Assembly (NCBI RefSeq): GCF_001194135.2
Contig: NC_068981.1
Span: 96,228,820 to 96,284,098 of the forward strand
Reading direction: 5' to 3'
From: Octopus bimaculoides
Lineage: Eukaryota
Length of the DNA stretch: 55,279 nucleotides
Part shown: positions 34,787 to 47,135 of the stretch, piece by piece
How the letters are laid out: every line of letters starts with the position of its first letter
Numbering within the stretch: position 1 is the stretch's first letter
Notes under the pieces: model-generated
Database searches by the model: none
What the model was told of the DNA's origin: nothing
Seen by the model: the letters and a program-made list of their open reading frames with translations, nothing else
Made by a program: the position numbers and the translations under genes

Positions 34787-35135
34787 ATATTTTTGTTTTC
34801 TATGAAAATACATCTTACGTCTTTATATATATATGTGTATATATATATATGTGTGTGTGTGTGTAGTGTCTCAACTTGCATTGTGCTCGTCTGACCATGG
34901 AAATTTGTTTTACTTTTTTTAAAACGCTAAACGTTTTAGAGATTTCATAACTGAAAACTGTTCCATCTGGCTGTTGTAGACAATTTTCTGCTCTTCTGCT
35001 ATTTTATAACCACTTCCAGTTAAATTCTGTTAAGCTAATGGTTTTTGACATTATCTTTCTTCATATTTATGTATCTGACTATCACTTTCAGATGTCTTCT
35101 TTTTTTTAATTTTGGCAGCTCTATGCCTTTCTAAG

Positions 35136-35183
35136 AATAAACAAATACTGCTTATATATATATTTATATATATATATAATAAA
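35136..35183 (+). terminator. Candidate polyadenylation signals of cofilin
   Basis: AATAAA at 35136-35141 and 35178-35183, 350-400 nt after the stop, in AT/T-rich context. Confidence 0.45.
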
Positions 35184-36343
35184 AATCAAATACTTAAAAT
35201 TCTATTTGCAAACTTCTTTTTATATGTAAAGCTTTGTTTTGTGATTAATTATTAAAGGAACTGTGACTGATAAAATGTCAGTAGTAATGACAGCTTGTAC
35301 CTTCTAAAGTGTAATTCATATCATATTGGTGAGTTTTTGAATTTATGTGATAAAGTTTTAAAAAATTGTAGTGTTTGTAGTTCAAGTTGCTTTGAAACAT
35401 TTCAGCAACTCTGACAAGAGATGTGAAGCTAATTTAATCAGCTGAGAAGAACACTAATTTGCCTAGTGAAACAGGGTTACTCATTTTGCAAATTTTAGTA
35501 TTTACATGAAAATTGTTCAAACTGAAGTCTTTCTTGAGTGACACATTTTTCCATTTGAGTCAATACAGAATTACAGATAGTATTTATAGAATATTGATTT
35601 ACTGTCAGGTGACTTTTGGCCAACCATGTATGTATGTGTATATCATCATCATCATCGTTTAACGTCCGCTTTTCATGCTAGCTTGGGTTGGACGATCTGT
35701 GTGTGGAGGATTAATGTCAGTGTGCATATACAACAGAGTGTAAGTGATTTGAGAGAAAACCTGGGTGTATGAGGTACCAGATATAGTGTGAAAGAGAGAA
35801 GACTGTGCTGGAACAGTCATGTAATGCACATGAATGAAGACAGTTGCATCAAGAGGTACTGATCTCTAATTCTGAAGGGAGCATGTGGAAGGGGTAGACC
35901 CAGGAAGACATGGGAGGAAGTGTTGAGAATGGATTAACAGACATTGGGATTCACAGAGGGGGTGACTAGGGCCTGAGACTCCTAGTGGTTTACTGTGCTT
36001 GAGAAGACACACCAAGCTAAGTAAAAGTGTGGTTGCCCCTGCATACAGGCTTCTCCTCTGCATCCCTCTCCAGCTGAGCATTCTTTATCTTGCAGGCTTG
36101 TGGGTGTTGGTGCCACATAGAAAGCACCCATACTGGTACCATGTAAATGCGCCTGTGTCAGTGTGTTGTAGAAACACCCAGTACATTCTATGAGGAAGTT
36201 GATGTAAGGAAGGGCACCTAACTATAGAATCTATGCTAAAATAGACATGTAGCCTGGGTAGCTCTTCAGTTGGCCAGTTCCTGTCAAACTGTCCAACCCA
36301 TGCCAAAATTGAAAATAGATGTTAAATGATGATGATTTTATAT

Positions 36344-36720
36344 AGGCGCAGGAGTGGCTGTGTGGTAAGTCGCTTGCTTACCGACCACATAGTTCCGGGT
36401 TCAGTCCCACTGCGTGGCACCTTGGGCAAGTGTCTTCTACTATAGCCTCAGGCCGACCAAAGCCTTGTGAGTGGATTTGGTAGACGGAAACTGAAAGAAG
36501 CCCGTCATATATATGTGTTTGTGTGTCTGTGTTTGTCCCCCTAGTATTGCTTGACAACCGATGCTGGTGTGTTTATGTCCCCGTAACCTAGTGGTTCGGC
36601 AAAAGAGACCGATAGAATAAGTACTAGGCTTACAAAGAATAAGTCCTGGGAGCGATTTGCTCGACCAAAGGCGGTGCTCCAGCATGGCCACAGTCACATG
36701 ACTGAAACAAGTAAAAGAGG
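36344..36720 (+). mobile_element. SINE family A, intact (tRNA head, CORE-like segment, internal microsatellite)
   Basis: A box 36355-36365, B box GGTTCAGTCCC 36398-36408, CACCTTGGGCAAGTGTCTT resembling the MIR/CORE motif; inserted next to an RTE tail. Confidence 0.88.
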
Positions 36721-37644
36721 AAAGAGTATACACACACACACATATATATAGAAAGAGATTGTTCACAGTTTAACCAATGTTACTAGTCTAAACCAAACAA
36801 GTTGGGAAAGCTGGATGTAAGATCAAGGTGCATAGGATATGTTCACCTCGTAAGATGTTCAGAGACAGAATAGAGAGTTGAAAAAAAAAATCAAAATTGT
36901 TCTAGGTGTTTAGGCTTTAAGTGGTCAGCTCAGATTGCATGGTTCTTATGCAATTGAATTGACATCAGTTACCTTCTATATTTTTAGGTTTACTTGTTCC
37001 AGGCTGAATTTTGGCAGAGTACTGACACTACTTTGACAGTAGTCTGCAACATGGTGAAATCAGTGGCATGAGTTCTTTGTACAACTGCTTGTAGTGGGGT
37101 ATACATGATGTTGGTACCAGTTTGTTGATCAGTCATTATTTTGAGTTTGAACACATTAGTCATCATCATCATCGTTTAATGTCCGCTTTCCATGCTAGCA
37201 TGGGTTGGACGATTTGACTGAGGACTGGCAAGCCAGAAGGCTGCACCAGGCTCCAATCTGATCTGGCAGAGTTTCTACAGCTGGATGCCCTTCCAAACGC
37301 CATCCACTCCGAGAGTGTAGTGGGTGCTTTTACGTGCCACCAGCACGACGGCCAGTCACACGGTACTGGCAACGGCCTCGCTCAAAATGGTGTTTTTTAC
37401 ATGTCACCTGCACAGGTGCCAGTCCAGCAGCACTGGCAACAACCTCGCTCGTATGATTTTCTAACATGCCAGTAAGGCAACACTGGTAACGATCACACTC
37501 AAATGGTGCTATTTACATGCCACTATCACGGAAGCCAGACAGCTGCTCTGGCAATGATCACGTTCGGATGGTGCTGTTAGTGCTCCACTGGCACAGGTGC
37601 TGGTCATTTTTTTTGCAGCTTTAATAAAAAAAAAAAGTGTATAT

Positions 37645-37995
37645 GTGAAAGCACATGGCTCAGTGGTCAGACTGTCAGGCTTACAATCATGAGGTAGTGA
37701 GTTTGATTCTTGAACTAAGTTGTGTGTTGTGTTCTTAAGCAAGACACTTTATTTCACATTGGTCCAGTTCATTCAGCTGTAGAAATGAGTTGCTACATCA
37801 TTGGTGCCAAGCTGTATCAGTGTTTGCCTTTTCCTTGGATAACATCAGTAGTGTGGAGCGGGGAGGCTGGTATGCATGGGCGACTGCTGGTTTTCCGTAA
37901 ACAACTTTGCCCAGACTTGTGCCCCGGAGGGGAAGTTTTTAGGTGCAATCCCATGGTCATTCATCACTGAAAGGGAGTCTTTATCCTTACCATTT
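37645..37995 (+). mobile_element. Different tRNA-derived SINE family
   Basis: TGGCTCAGTGG A box, GAGTTTGATTC B-box remnant, GTTGTGTTCTTAAGCAAGACACTTT central domain. Confidence 0.65.
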
Positions 37996-40639
37996 TGTGT
38001 GTATGCATGTACGACAGACTTCTGCACAGTTTTGATTTTGATATTAATATTAAAAAAAAATTGACTTTTAAGTTAAATATACAAAAATACTAAAAAAAAT
38101 GGCCAAAAAGTTGTCATTAACAACAATAGAAGATGACAGGCTAAGTTGACTGTAGTGGAATAATAAAAGTAAGACAAAAATCTATTGTAGCTGTTGGAAA
38201 ATAATATGGTTGCTGTTATTTTGATCCTATAGGGAAAAAGTACTTGATATTAATGGTTGTTGAAACTGAAGTATTTTACGCATCAATTGGAAGTAACAGG
38301 ATATCAACTAAGTTACACCTTCCTGTATTACTTAGTGGATATGTTTGCTTAAAGTTTTAAACTGAAGTAGTTTGCTAATTTGTTAAAACATCTTTAGGCA
38401 AATCAAAAATAATCACATAAAAGTGTATTTATAATAAAAAACATGAATATATAATATATGAAGTTATCTATGCTCCTAAATTGCAAAAGCATATACATCA
38501 AAATGTAACATGGTATAATGGTTTCAAGTCCAAGAGAAGTTACACATCTTATTTATGTTAGTATCATCCTCATATTTAAGGGAACATACACATGTATAAC
38601 TACTTTTTTTTTCTAGTATTTCTTCACTACTGGTCACCCAGTTTAATGCCATCACTTGCCTTTTAGATGCCTTTAATGGAATGTATTTTGTTGTAAGTAT
38701 TTAGACACCATCCCTAGACTTCAGATAACCATGAATCAAGGTTTCTTCCTCCCTTCTTTCATAAGTTTCCATGAGTTTCTCACATTTTCTTTTTGGTATT
38801 TTGCCCTAAAAAGGATCCAACTACATTATTTTTTATTGACACTTTTGTACAGAAATTGATCTGCAATATAGGATGAGGGTGTGATTTTTTTTTTTATTTG
38901 TGACAGCTCCATTATGGGACTACATTTTTATTGAACCTTCTGTATTTATTTTTTAAATCTAGTTTCATTTAAAAGAAGAAACATGCATTCCATAATGTTT
39001 GTAGTAGAGTCAGTTGAGAATGTGAATGAGACACAGCGAGAGAATAGTGATTCAAAGACAGAAAGAGAGAGTAAGAGAATTAGTGATTCTACAACTTTTA
39101 AAAGGACAACAGTGTCATGGTAACAGCCACTGATGTTGCTGCCATAGCAACCATTAGTATTAACATCACATGCAGATAAGTAAACTTGTTACTGCTGCTT
39201 GCATTAGCAGCTGCAGCAACAATAACAACACTATAAAGACCACAATGAAGATTATACCCTGGGGAAAGGTAGAAACTATCAAAAAATACAAAGGCAACAT
39301 CATATGCCTTGATAGGATGACACATCCAGTTGAGATGAGCAGCACCCAAAATGGGTTACTCTTTACAAGTGTATCAATTGTATGGGCTGGAAGTTGGACT
39401 ACACGACTCCATTTCAAATTGGAAAATGCCTGCAAGGAATTTGATCAACAGTTAGATCCTTAACAAGAGGGATACAACAGTAGACAGTGGTAGCCATGTG
39501 CAACAGTGAGAAGAAATTGCATGCACATCCCAGGAATGTCATGATCCTACTTTACTGGAGACAATGAGTGATCTAAATCAGCAGCACCAATTTGCTGTCC
39601 AGAGCAGGAGAGATGGCAATGGTTGAGAATCATGAGCAAATCATAGAACTTAAGTCTATACCACAGCAGAACTGATGGGAACGTTAGTAGAGTTCCAGGT
39701 GTTGGTTACACCTGAGAATCTTTCTAGCTACCTCAAATATTTCTGTTTTGAAAAGTATGTGTTGCTGCAGGTGGTCATTGAAGGTAAGAAACATAAAGCT
39801 TACATTTTCAGCAAAAATAGACCATCTCAGAACTTTATACCTCATGAGGAATACATGAGCTGAGCGCCTCTCTCCACTGCTGCTATCACTATCCAAATTA
39901 CTGCAACCACAACAATATTAGTAGTTGAATCTGTTGTCACAGTGGCAAAAATAACAACTTCTCCTACAAACATACACAAAAGGGTTCACTAAGAAGTTTT
40001 CCAACTGAAAACAGAAACAGGAAAAAAAGTACTTGAAAGCACAAACATAGCTTTAACACTGTCTGATCCTTCTAATAAGGGAAATTTTGAGGACAACCAG
40101 AAAGAGCCTGAAAATAGCAGGCAGTAGAGCAATCAGTAACAGAAAGAGGAGCAAGACAGGAAAAACCTGATCCTTCCCCAACCCAAAGGTTTGGCAGCGC
40201 CAAAACTAACAAAAGCCAAAAACATGATACTAAGCATACAAGCCAACAACAACAAAAGACAATAACAAGAGCCACAGCAGTAACAACAGCCCCAACAACA
40301 GTACAAGTCACAGTATTAATAACAGCATCAGCAAAAGAAGCTTCAACAATGGCAAGATACACAACTACTACTACTACTAATACAGTACCAACAAGATCCA
40401 TGGTACAATGCATAAAATAATTGCTAAATAACACTATTCTCCAAAAAAAGGAAAAGAAATTGATGAAATTTATAAAAACAAACCTTTTCTAATAGATGAA
40501 TGCTTTAATGCATTTACTGCCCAAAACACTCTAAAATGAAAGACTTCTGGTGACAATCACAAGTGTATCACACAATATGAAAATGTTTCCCACATGAGAT
40601 GAGAGTTTTTAAAATTATCTGGTCAAGAGGGTTTTGGAA

Positions 40640-42421
40640 GGTCATTTCAAGGTTCTTGATAAACAATTACCATTGAAAGTTATGTTATACTTTTCATTGA
40701 AAGTTATGTTATATTTCTTAGCACAGTCAAGGAAGTGCGCAAAATTTTTGTCATGGTCTTCTTGATTCTCTCCACAGATAGTAATATTATCCAAGTATGC
40801 AAAAGTATTCTTGATCTTCTCTTCTCTAATCATATTATCTATGATACGTTGAAAATGGGCAACTCCATTGATGACCCTCAAAAGGAATATGATTAAAATG
40901 GTACAAGTTGCCTCTGGCTTCGAAAGCTGTGAAATGTCTCTCTTCTTCCTTAATTGGTATCTGATGATAGGCACTGCAGAGATCTAATTGTACTGTACAT
41001 TTCATACCTTGATATGCTCTCAACCATCTTGTCAATTTTCAGCAATGGATTAGCATCAAGCTGAGTGAAGTAGTTGCCTAACAGTAATCAACTATGAGTC
41101 TTTTCTTGTGTCATTCATTTGTTGTTACGAAAAGCTGAGCTCTCCAGGGTGAGTTTGAAGGCTCAATGATATGTTCACATAACAGTTTTTGTATTTCAGA
41201 GTCAATGAACTGTTCATCAGGCTTTGAAAAATGGCGAGATTTTGTTGCAATTGGTTTGCAATTCAGGGACAAGTTGCAAAATAAGGTTGATGCTGCTAGT
41301 CCACACAGAAAAAGTAGGTTTTTCTCCTTTGAAAGAAATCTGAAGTCCTTCATGCTGGTCCAAGAAATCATGTCCCAGTATAACATTTGAGCACAGTCCA
41401 GGTAACAAGGAAATTTTTACACTGTCATAGACTTGACATTGGTAGCAGAGTTGCACAAAACAAAGTCCTTTTGTTACGCTTGAAACTTTTGTGGAAGCCA
41501 TTGAAATCTTTCTCACTGAGGGATAAGTGTTTAGTTCCAGGGATTTGGCAAGATCAGAGCAAATGTAGCTCTCAGAACTTCCAGTGTCAACATGAGCTTT
41601 GATAGAGGCGTCATTGACAGAAATATTGACGATAGCTTTAGACAGGTTTGTAGGTGCAGCTGCAGTAATAACTGTACTCAATTAAGGATCCGTGGCAGAT
41701 ACAAATTCAGACCACATAGAATTAGGCTTAGATTGGCAAACCTTTAAGAAATGTCCCTTTTAACCATATCTTTTGCAGGTAGCCTTCTGTGCATAGGATG
41801 GCAAGAGTAACCACAAAAGAAACATTTTGACTTCAATGCTGCTGTCATAGATGACATATCTTCAGATTCAGTATTCTTGGTCAAAGAGATACTACCACAG
41901 AATATGGGTTGTGTAAGGGATTGCTTTTCAGCCATTTCAAGAGATTGAGCCAGGTCAAAAGCCCTTTGAAACTCAAGAATTTTATTTTCCAACAGTCTCT
42001 GTTTGATATTATTTGTGCTTAGACCAGTAATAAATGCATCTCAAATGGCATCTTCACAATTCTTTTCTGCAGTAACAGCTTTAGAGTTGCCTTCTTTGGA
42101 AAGTCCTTTTAGTTTTTGTAAAAACTGGTCTAAGGTTTGACCTAGATCTTGTTCTGTAGTGGCGAGAGTATGCCTAGTGACTATTTCATTTCTTGGTTTA
42201 ATATACAAGTTTTCAAGAGTTTCATAATCAGGACATTCTGCAATATACTCATACACTGAAAGAGCTACAAAATTTGTCAGTAAGTGGAGTTTATCAAGAT
42301 TTTGATCTTCAACGGAGGATGAGAAATTGTTGAAAGTTCAGTGCCAGTGGTTGCAGTTCTTTGCAGCATCAGGAGGATCAAGGTTAGCATCAAAGCACTC
42401 TAGTCGAAGAAATCACTCCAT
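40640..42421 (-). mobile_element. Ty3/Gypsy gag-pro-RT relic, 3'-truncated
   Basis: Gag with CFFCG-x-H knuckle, protease HVDTGSSESYI, RT LDLCSAYHQIPI...TAF, FQRIID and AYLDNITI; no RNaseH or integrase seen. Confidence 0.88.
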
Positions 42422-42439
42422 TTTGAATGTTAAATAAAT

Positions 42440-42595
42440 TGAAGTAAGACAATTTACAAAAGACTGGCATGACTTTACGATAGGTTTTATTTAACATTCA
42501 ATACAGCATACTTCACAGTTACGATAGAAGCAGACAAGATGGCAAGAGTTAATCATGAACAATGAAACATCTAATGAGGACAAACTTTAGATACA
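42440..42595 (-). repeat. Possible 5' LTR of the Gypsy relic
   Basis: TG...CA bounded 156 nt with internal AATAAA, 18 nt before the gag ATG; no second copy and no PBS visible. Confidence 0.35.
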
Positions 42596-43728
42596 AACAC
42601 AAATCATGCTATTTATGACAGGAATCATACACTTCATGCAAGTATAGAACAGCTGACTTAAAAAGAATGATAATAAGCACACACACACACACTTGTATAT
42701 ACATGTGTGTATCTATCTATCTATCTATCCATATATATATAATATTTGATAAAAAGGAATAGAAATGGCTTTTCTGATAATTCTTCTACTTTAATAATTA
42801 GATGTTTATAAGTTTACAAGAGGTGACTCTGATAAGAGTTTCTCATTAAAAGCAGTTTTCAAACTGATATTTTAGAGTTAGTTATTTACTGTTTAAATAG
42901 GGAGTATGTTTGTAATTAAAAATTATGGTGTCACCTACACACACACATACATTTACCCATACATAAACATACACACACACACACACACAAGCATAGGACT
43001 TTACACATACACGCAGAGAAATGCAAACACACATGTATACAGTCACATATATTCATACACGTATATATATGTATGGGTATATAAACTGCTTTTAAGCAAA
43101 AAAAAAACTCCTATCAGAGTCACTGCTTGTAAAAGTGGAAAAATCATCAGAAAAACCATTTCTATTCATTTTTTTCAAAATATATATATATAATATGAAT
43201 ATGTCATCTTAGGCAAGGCAAATCAGTCTATTTGTTTCAGTTGACCTGTTGTAAAATGGAGATGCTACTTTTCCACAAGTGTGTGATTAGTATTGGGTAT
43301 ATTCTGGCTACTGTATTAGTTACTGTTTCACCAATTTCTACATATACTGAAATTCACAGAAGCAATCAACCTATATTCATATGGCAATACAGATGTTTAT
43401 CAACAATCCTGATGTCAACCACTCTGAAACAGTTTGAGTAGAAGGTAAGTTTTTAGCAAGCCAAGTCAGTGATCTGGATTTAGTTCACACTTGTAGTTAT
43501 TTCACTTCATATACATCACTAGTTTACTTGGGAAATGCAGGCATGATTATAACAATTCCTATCTTTCTTTTCTGCAGAGGTAATCCAGCCTTGTTGCATA
43601 GAATGGCTCACCATAATGTAGCATAGTCCACATGTTGTGGAATGGCTCACTATTGTAAATGGTGCAGCAACAAAAAATTTGAGTTTTTTAAGTCACAGTA
43701 CTGCATTTGAGTTCTCCTGTGGGTTTAT

Positions 43729-45003
43729 GCAAGGATAGGCTGAAAAGTTCATAGGCTGATTATGAAGGAATGATGCTAGAGCTGTGAAATCTTACATGCA
43801 TTAATTTCAACTTTTCTTATTAATAACTGGCAAACTGACATCTAACTGTTCAAAGAAGACTTCAGTAGTAACTAGTAGCAACTTCTGAAAATCGACAAAA
43901 TTTGGCATTGTGGTGTTATCATATACATGCAGAAAAAGGGTTTAGTCCACCCACCCCATGAACATTCATTCGGACATGGTTGCTGCATTAAGGGATAATG
44001 CACCAGCTTTATTAACAGTGCAAAAGTGGACAGCTGAATTTTGGAGGGGAAGGGAAAGTTTCGAAGGTAACCCAGTGTCTGGACATCCTGCAACTGCCAC
44101 TACCGAGTAAAACATTGTGTTCACCACATGTTGATGAATGACAGGCGATTGGCTATAAATAAAATAGCCAATGTTATTAGCTTATACTGTGAGAGAGTTG
44201 AGAATATTGTACTCAATGACCTTGGCATAAAGGTTTCTGTTCAGTGGATATCACATCTGACACCCAATCAAAAGTGCTCCAGGCTGATCACATCATGACA
44301 AAATCTGAAATTGTTTGAGGCAGATCCAGCTGGTTTCCTTGAACGTTTCCTAACCCAAGATGAGTGCTGGTTTCATCACTTTGACCCAAAGATGAAGAGA
44401 CAATCTATGCAGTGGAAACATCCCTCCTCATCTGCTCCAATGAAGATCAAGGTTGTTTCATCTGTAGGGAAAGTGATGGCCTTAGCTTTTTGGGGATGCA
44501 AAAGGCATTGTGTTTATTGACTATCTTGAAAAGGACCACACCATCAGTGGAGAGTACTATGCCAACATGCTGAGGCAGTTACAAAAGGCTCTCAAGATCA
44601 AATGCCCAGGAAAGCTGATGAAAGTTGTTTTGTTTCATCAGGACAATGCTTCCAATACACAAGTCCTTGGTGTCAATAGCTGCTGTGCATGACAGTCTTT
44701 GAAGTGGTTGATCACTATTCTTATTCCCCTGATTTGACCCCATCTGACTATCATCTGTTCCCCAATATAAAAAAAAAACACTTGGCTAAGAACCAGTACC
44801 ACAGTGATGATGACATCATGTCTATTGTTGTTGACTTTTTTACCAACAGGACTAAAGCTTCTTCACCAATGGGATCCAAGCAATGCAACACTAATGGAAG
44901 AAGTGTGTGTGCTGCAAGGGGAACTATGTTGAAAAATGAATCTCATTTGGTCACATTCCATAAGAATATCTTGGTCAGCTTATGAATTTTTCAGCTCTTA
45001 CAT
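43729..45003 (+). mobile_element. Full-length decayed mariner element (~1.27 kb)
   Basis: TIRs GCTGAAAAGTTCATAGGCTGA / TCAGCTTATGAATTTTTCAGC; FLTQDECWFHHFDP, LFHQDNA and YSPDLTPSDYHLF motifs. Confidence 0.9.
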
Positions 45004-45876
45004 TAATAAACATTCTAAGAATGTAGCTTTATTTTTAATTGTTTCCAATGCTCAGGAATAAACACAAAAATGGAATATCTAATCACAATTATTTATATTC
45101 CCTGCTTTTCTACATTAAAGAGTTGATATAGAAATATAGATGTTGAATGATAATACAGGGAATGTACTGATACAAGTATTATGTCCTTACATAAGATACA
45201 TTATTTTGTGTGCTGAAAATTTTCAAAGCTCACTAGTTTGAAACTGGAAAGGCATTTAGCTGTTCAACACAACTTACAATAAATTTCAAAGATATTAGAT
45301 GCTAAAATCAGAAAAACAGAAATGGCTACTTAAGTTAGAAACAATTTAAACAAAAAAAACAATTACTACTTTGGAAAATTTTCTTTTGTTGACCAATTAT
45401 CCATTATTATAGAGTTCCTGTTTTATAAATCATCATATGAGGCAGGAGTGATCAACATGAAACTAAAAAGAAAGATTTTTCTCTGTGCATGCTATAACAT
45501 TGTGTATGACTATGTTAAAGTATTTAAATATCTGATACTATATATGTGTGATGTTTACATGTGTATTTGGATATATATACACAAGAGCAACTGTGAATTA
45601 ATGGTGTTGGGGAGTTTTTTTTATGCTTTTGATAAGTGTTGTGAGTTGGTTCTTGTATGTGAATGAAGGACATGAAATTGGAGGATTCACCATCATCTTC
45701 CTCAAATTCAGTATGAGCAACATTTAAGATTCACTTTTCCAAGCTTGGAAAAGACAGAATTTGTTGAAGTAGATTTTCTACAGCCAGATGCCCATCCTGT
45801 TCCTAACCCTCACCTCCTGCTTCCAAGCAAGTAATATTTTCCAATGGCTAAAAATTTTTCATGAAAGATTACAAAT

Positions 45877-47135
45877 AGTAGAATTTGCCTAATTCATCCC
45901 CTCTAAAGGAAACAAAAAAGTACTTAAAATTAAAATTCTATTGTACTTAAAATATTGCAGCCGAGAATAACATTTAAAAAATTTACTATATTTTATTAAA
46001 ACAAAAATTATAAAAACATTACTGGGTTTTTCCAAAAATAAGCCCATCTGATTTTAAGCCTATGGGCTTATATTCAGAAATTCTTTTCATGTATAGCCCC
46101 AGTAATTTTTATTTTCAGAATTAAGGCTGTATTTAAGTCCATGCGCTTATTTTTGGAAAAAGCAGTATTTTAAAAATGAAATAACATATAATTAATTTTT
46201 TTAAAATACAGTAGAATTCGCCTAATTAGTCATCCCTAGGAGAAAATTGAAAGTGATAAATTAGGTGAAATAACAAATTAACCAAAGAAATTAGGCTAAT
46301 TCTACTGCATTAATGCTATGACTGAGGGCTGGCAAGCCAGAAGGTTGCACTAGGCTCCAAACTGATCTGGCAAACTTTTTACAGCTGGATGCCCTTCCTA
46401 ACACTAATCACTCCAAGAGTGTAGTGGGTGCTTTTTACGTGCCACCAGCTATGAAGGCCAGTTTATTGCCCAATGATTGAGAGTACTCTTAAATGGGCTG
46501 GTTATACTTCACTGGCATAGGCCACGGTTATGGTCTCACTTGGCTTGCCTGATCTTCTCAAGCACAGCATATCTCCAAAGGTCTCAGTCACTTGTCATCA
46601 CCTCCATGAGGCCCAACGTTCGAAGGTCATGCTTCACCACCTCAAACCAGTTCTACCTCTTCCACAAATTCCCTCTACTTTTTCACACAGCTGTCCTCAT
46701 CCATACACAACATATGACCATACCAGCTCAGTCGTCTCTCTTGCACACTACATCTGATGCTTCTTGTGTCCACCTTTTCTCTCAGGGCGCTTACACTCTG
46801 TCATTGTGCAATATTATTTACAACTTCATATTTTATTGTTTGTACTTGATACAACTAAATAAAATGACTATTCTAATTGTATATTTCAAAAGACATGATT
46901 CAAAAACCTTTGTTTAAATTTATTTTTGATTATTTTTGTACCATGTTTTTAAAGATTTACTTGTTTTTTAGATTCTCATAATAAATAAAATAAATTATCT
47001 CAAATTTACCTAATACAATGTATTCTAATTTTAAAAACGTTATTCTCAGCTGCAATATTTTAAGTACAGTAGAATTTTAATTTTAAGTACTTTTTAGTTT
47101 TCCTTAGAGTTGATGAATTAGATAAATTCTACTGT
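45877..47135. mobile_element. Tc1/pogo-type MITE (~110-bp inverted arms) containing two smaller MITEs (46020-46148, 46209-46307) and an RTE fragment
   Basis: 45877-45985 matches the reverse complement of 47025-47135; inner TA-CAGTAGAATTCGCCTAATT...AATTAGGCTAATTCTACTG; inner TTTTTCCAAAAATAAG...CTTATTTTTGGAAAAA. Confidence 0.7.
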
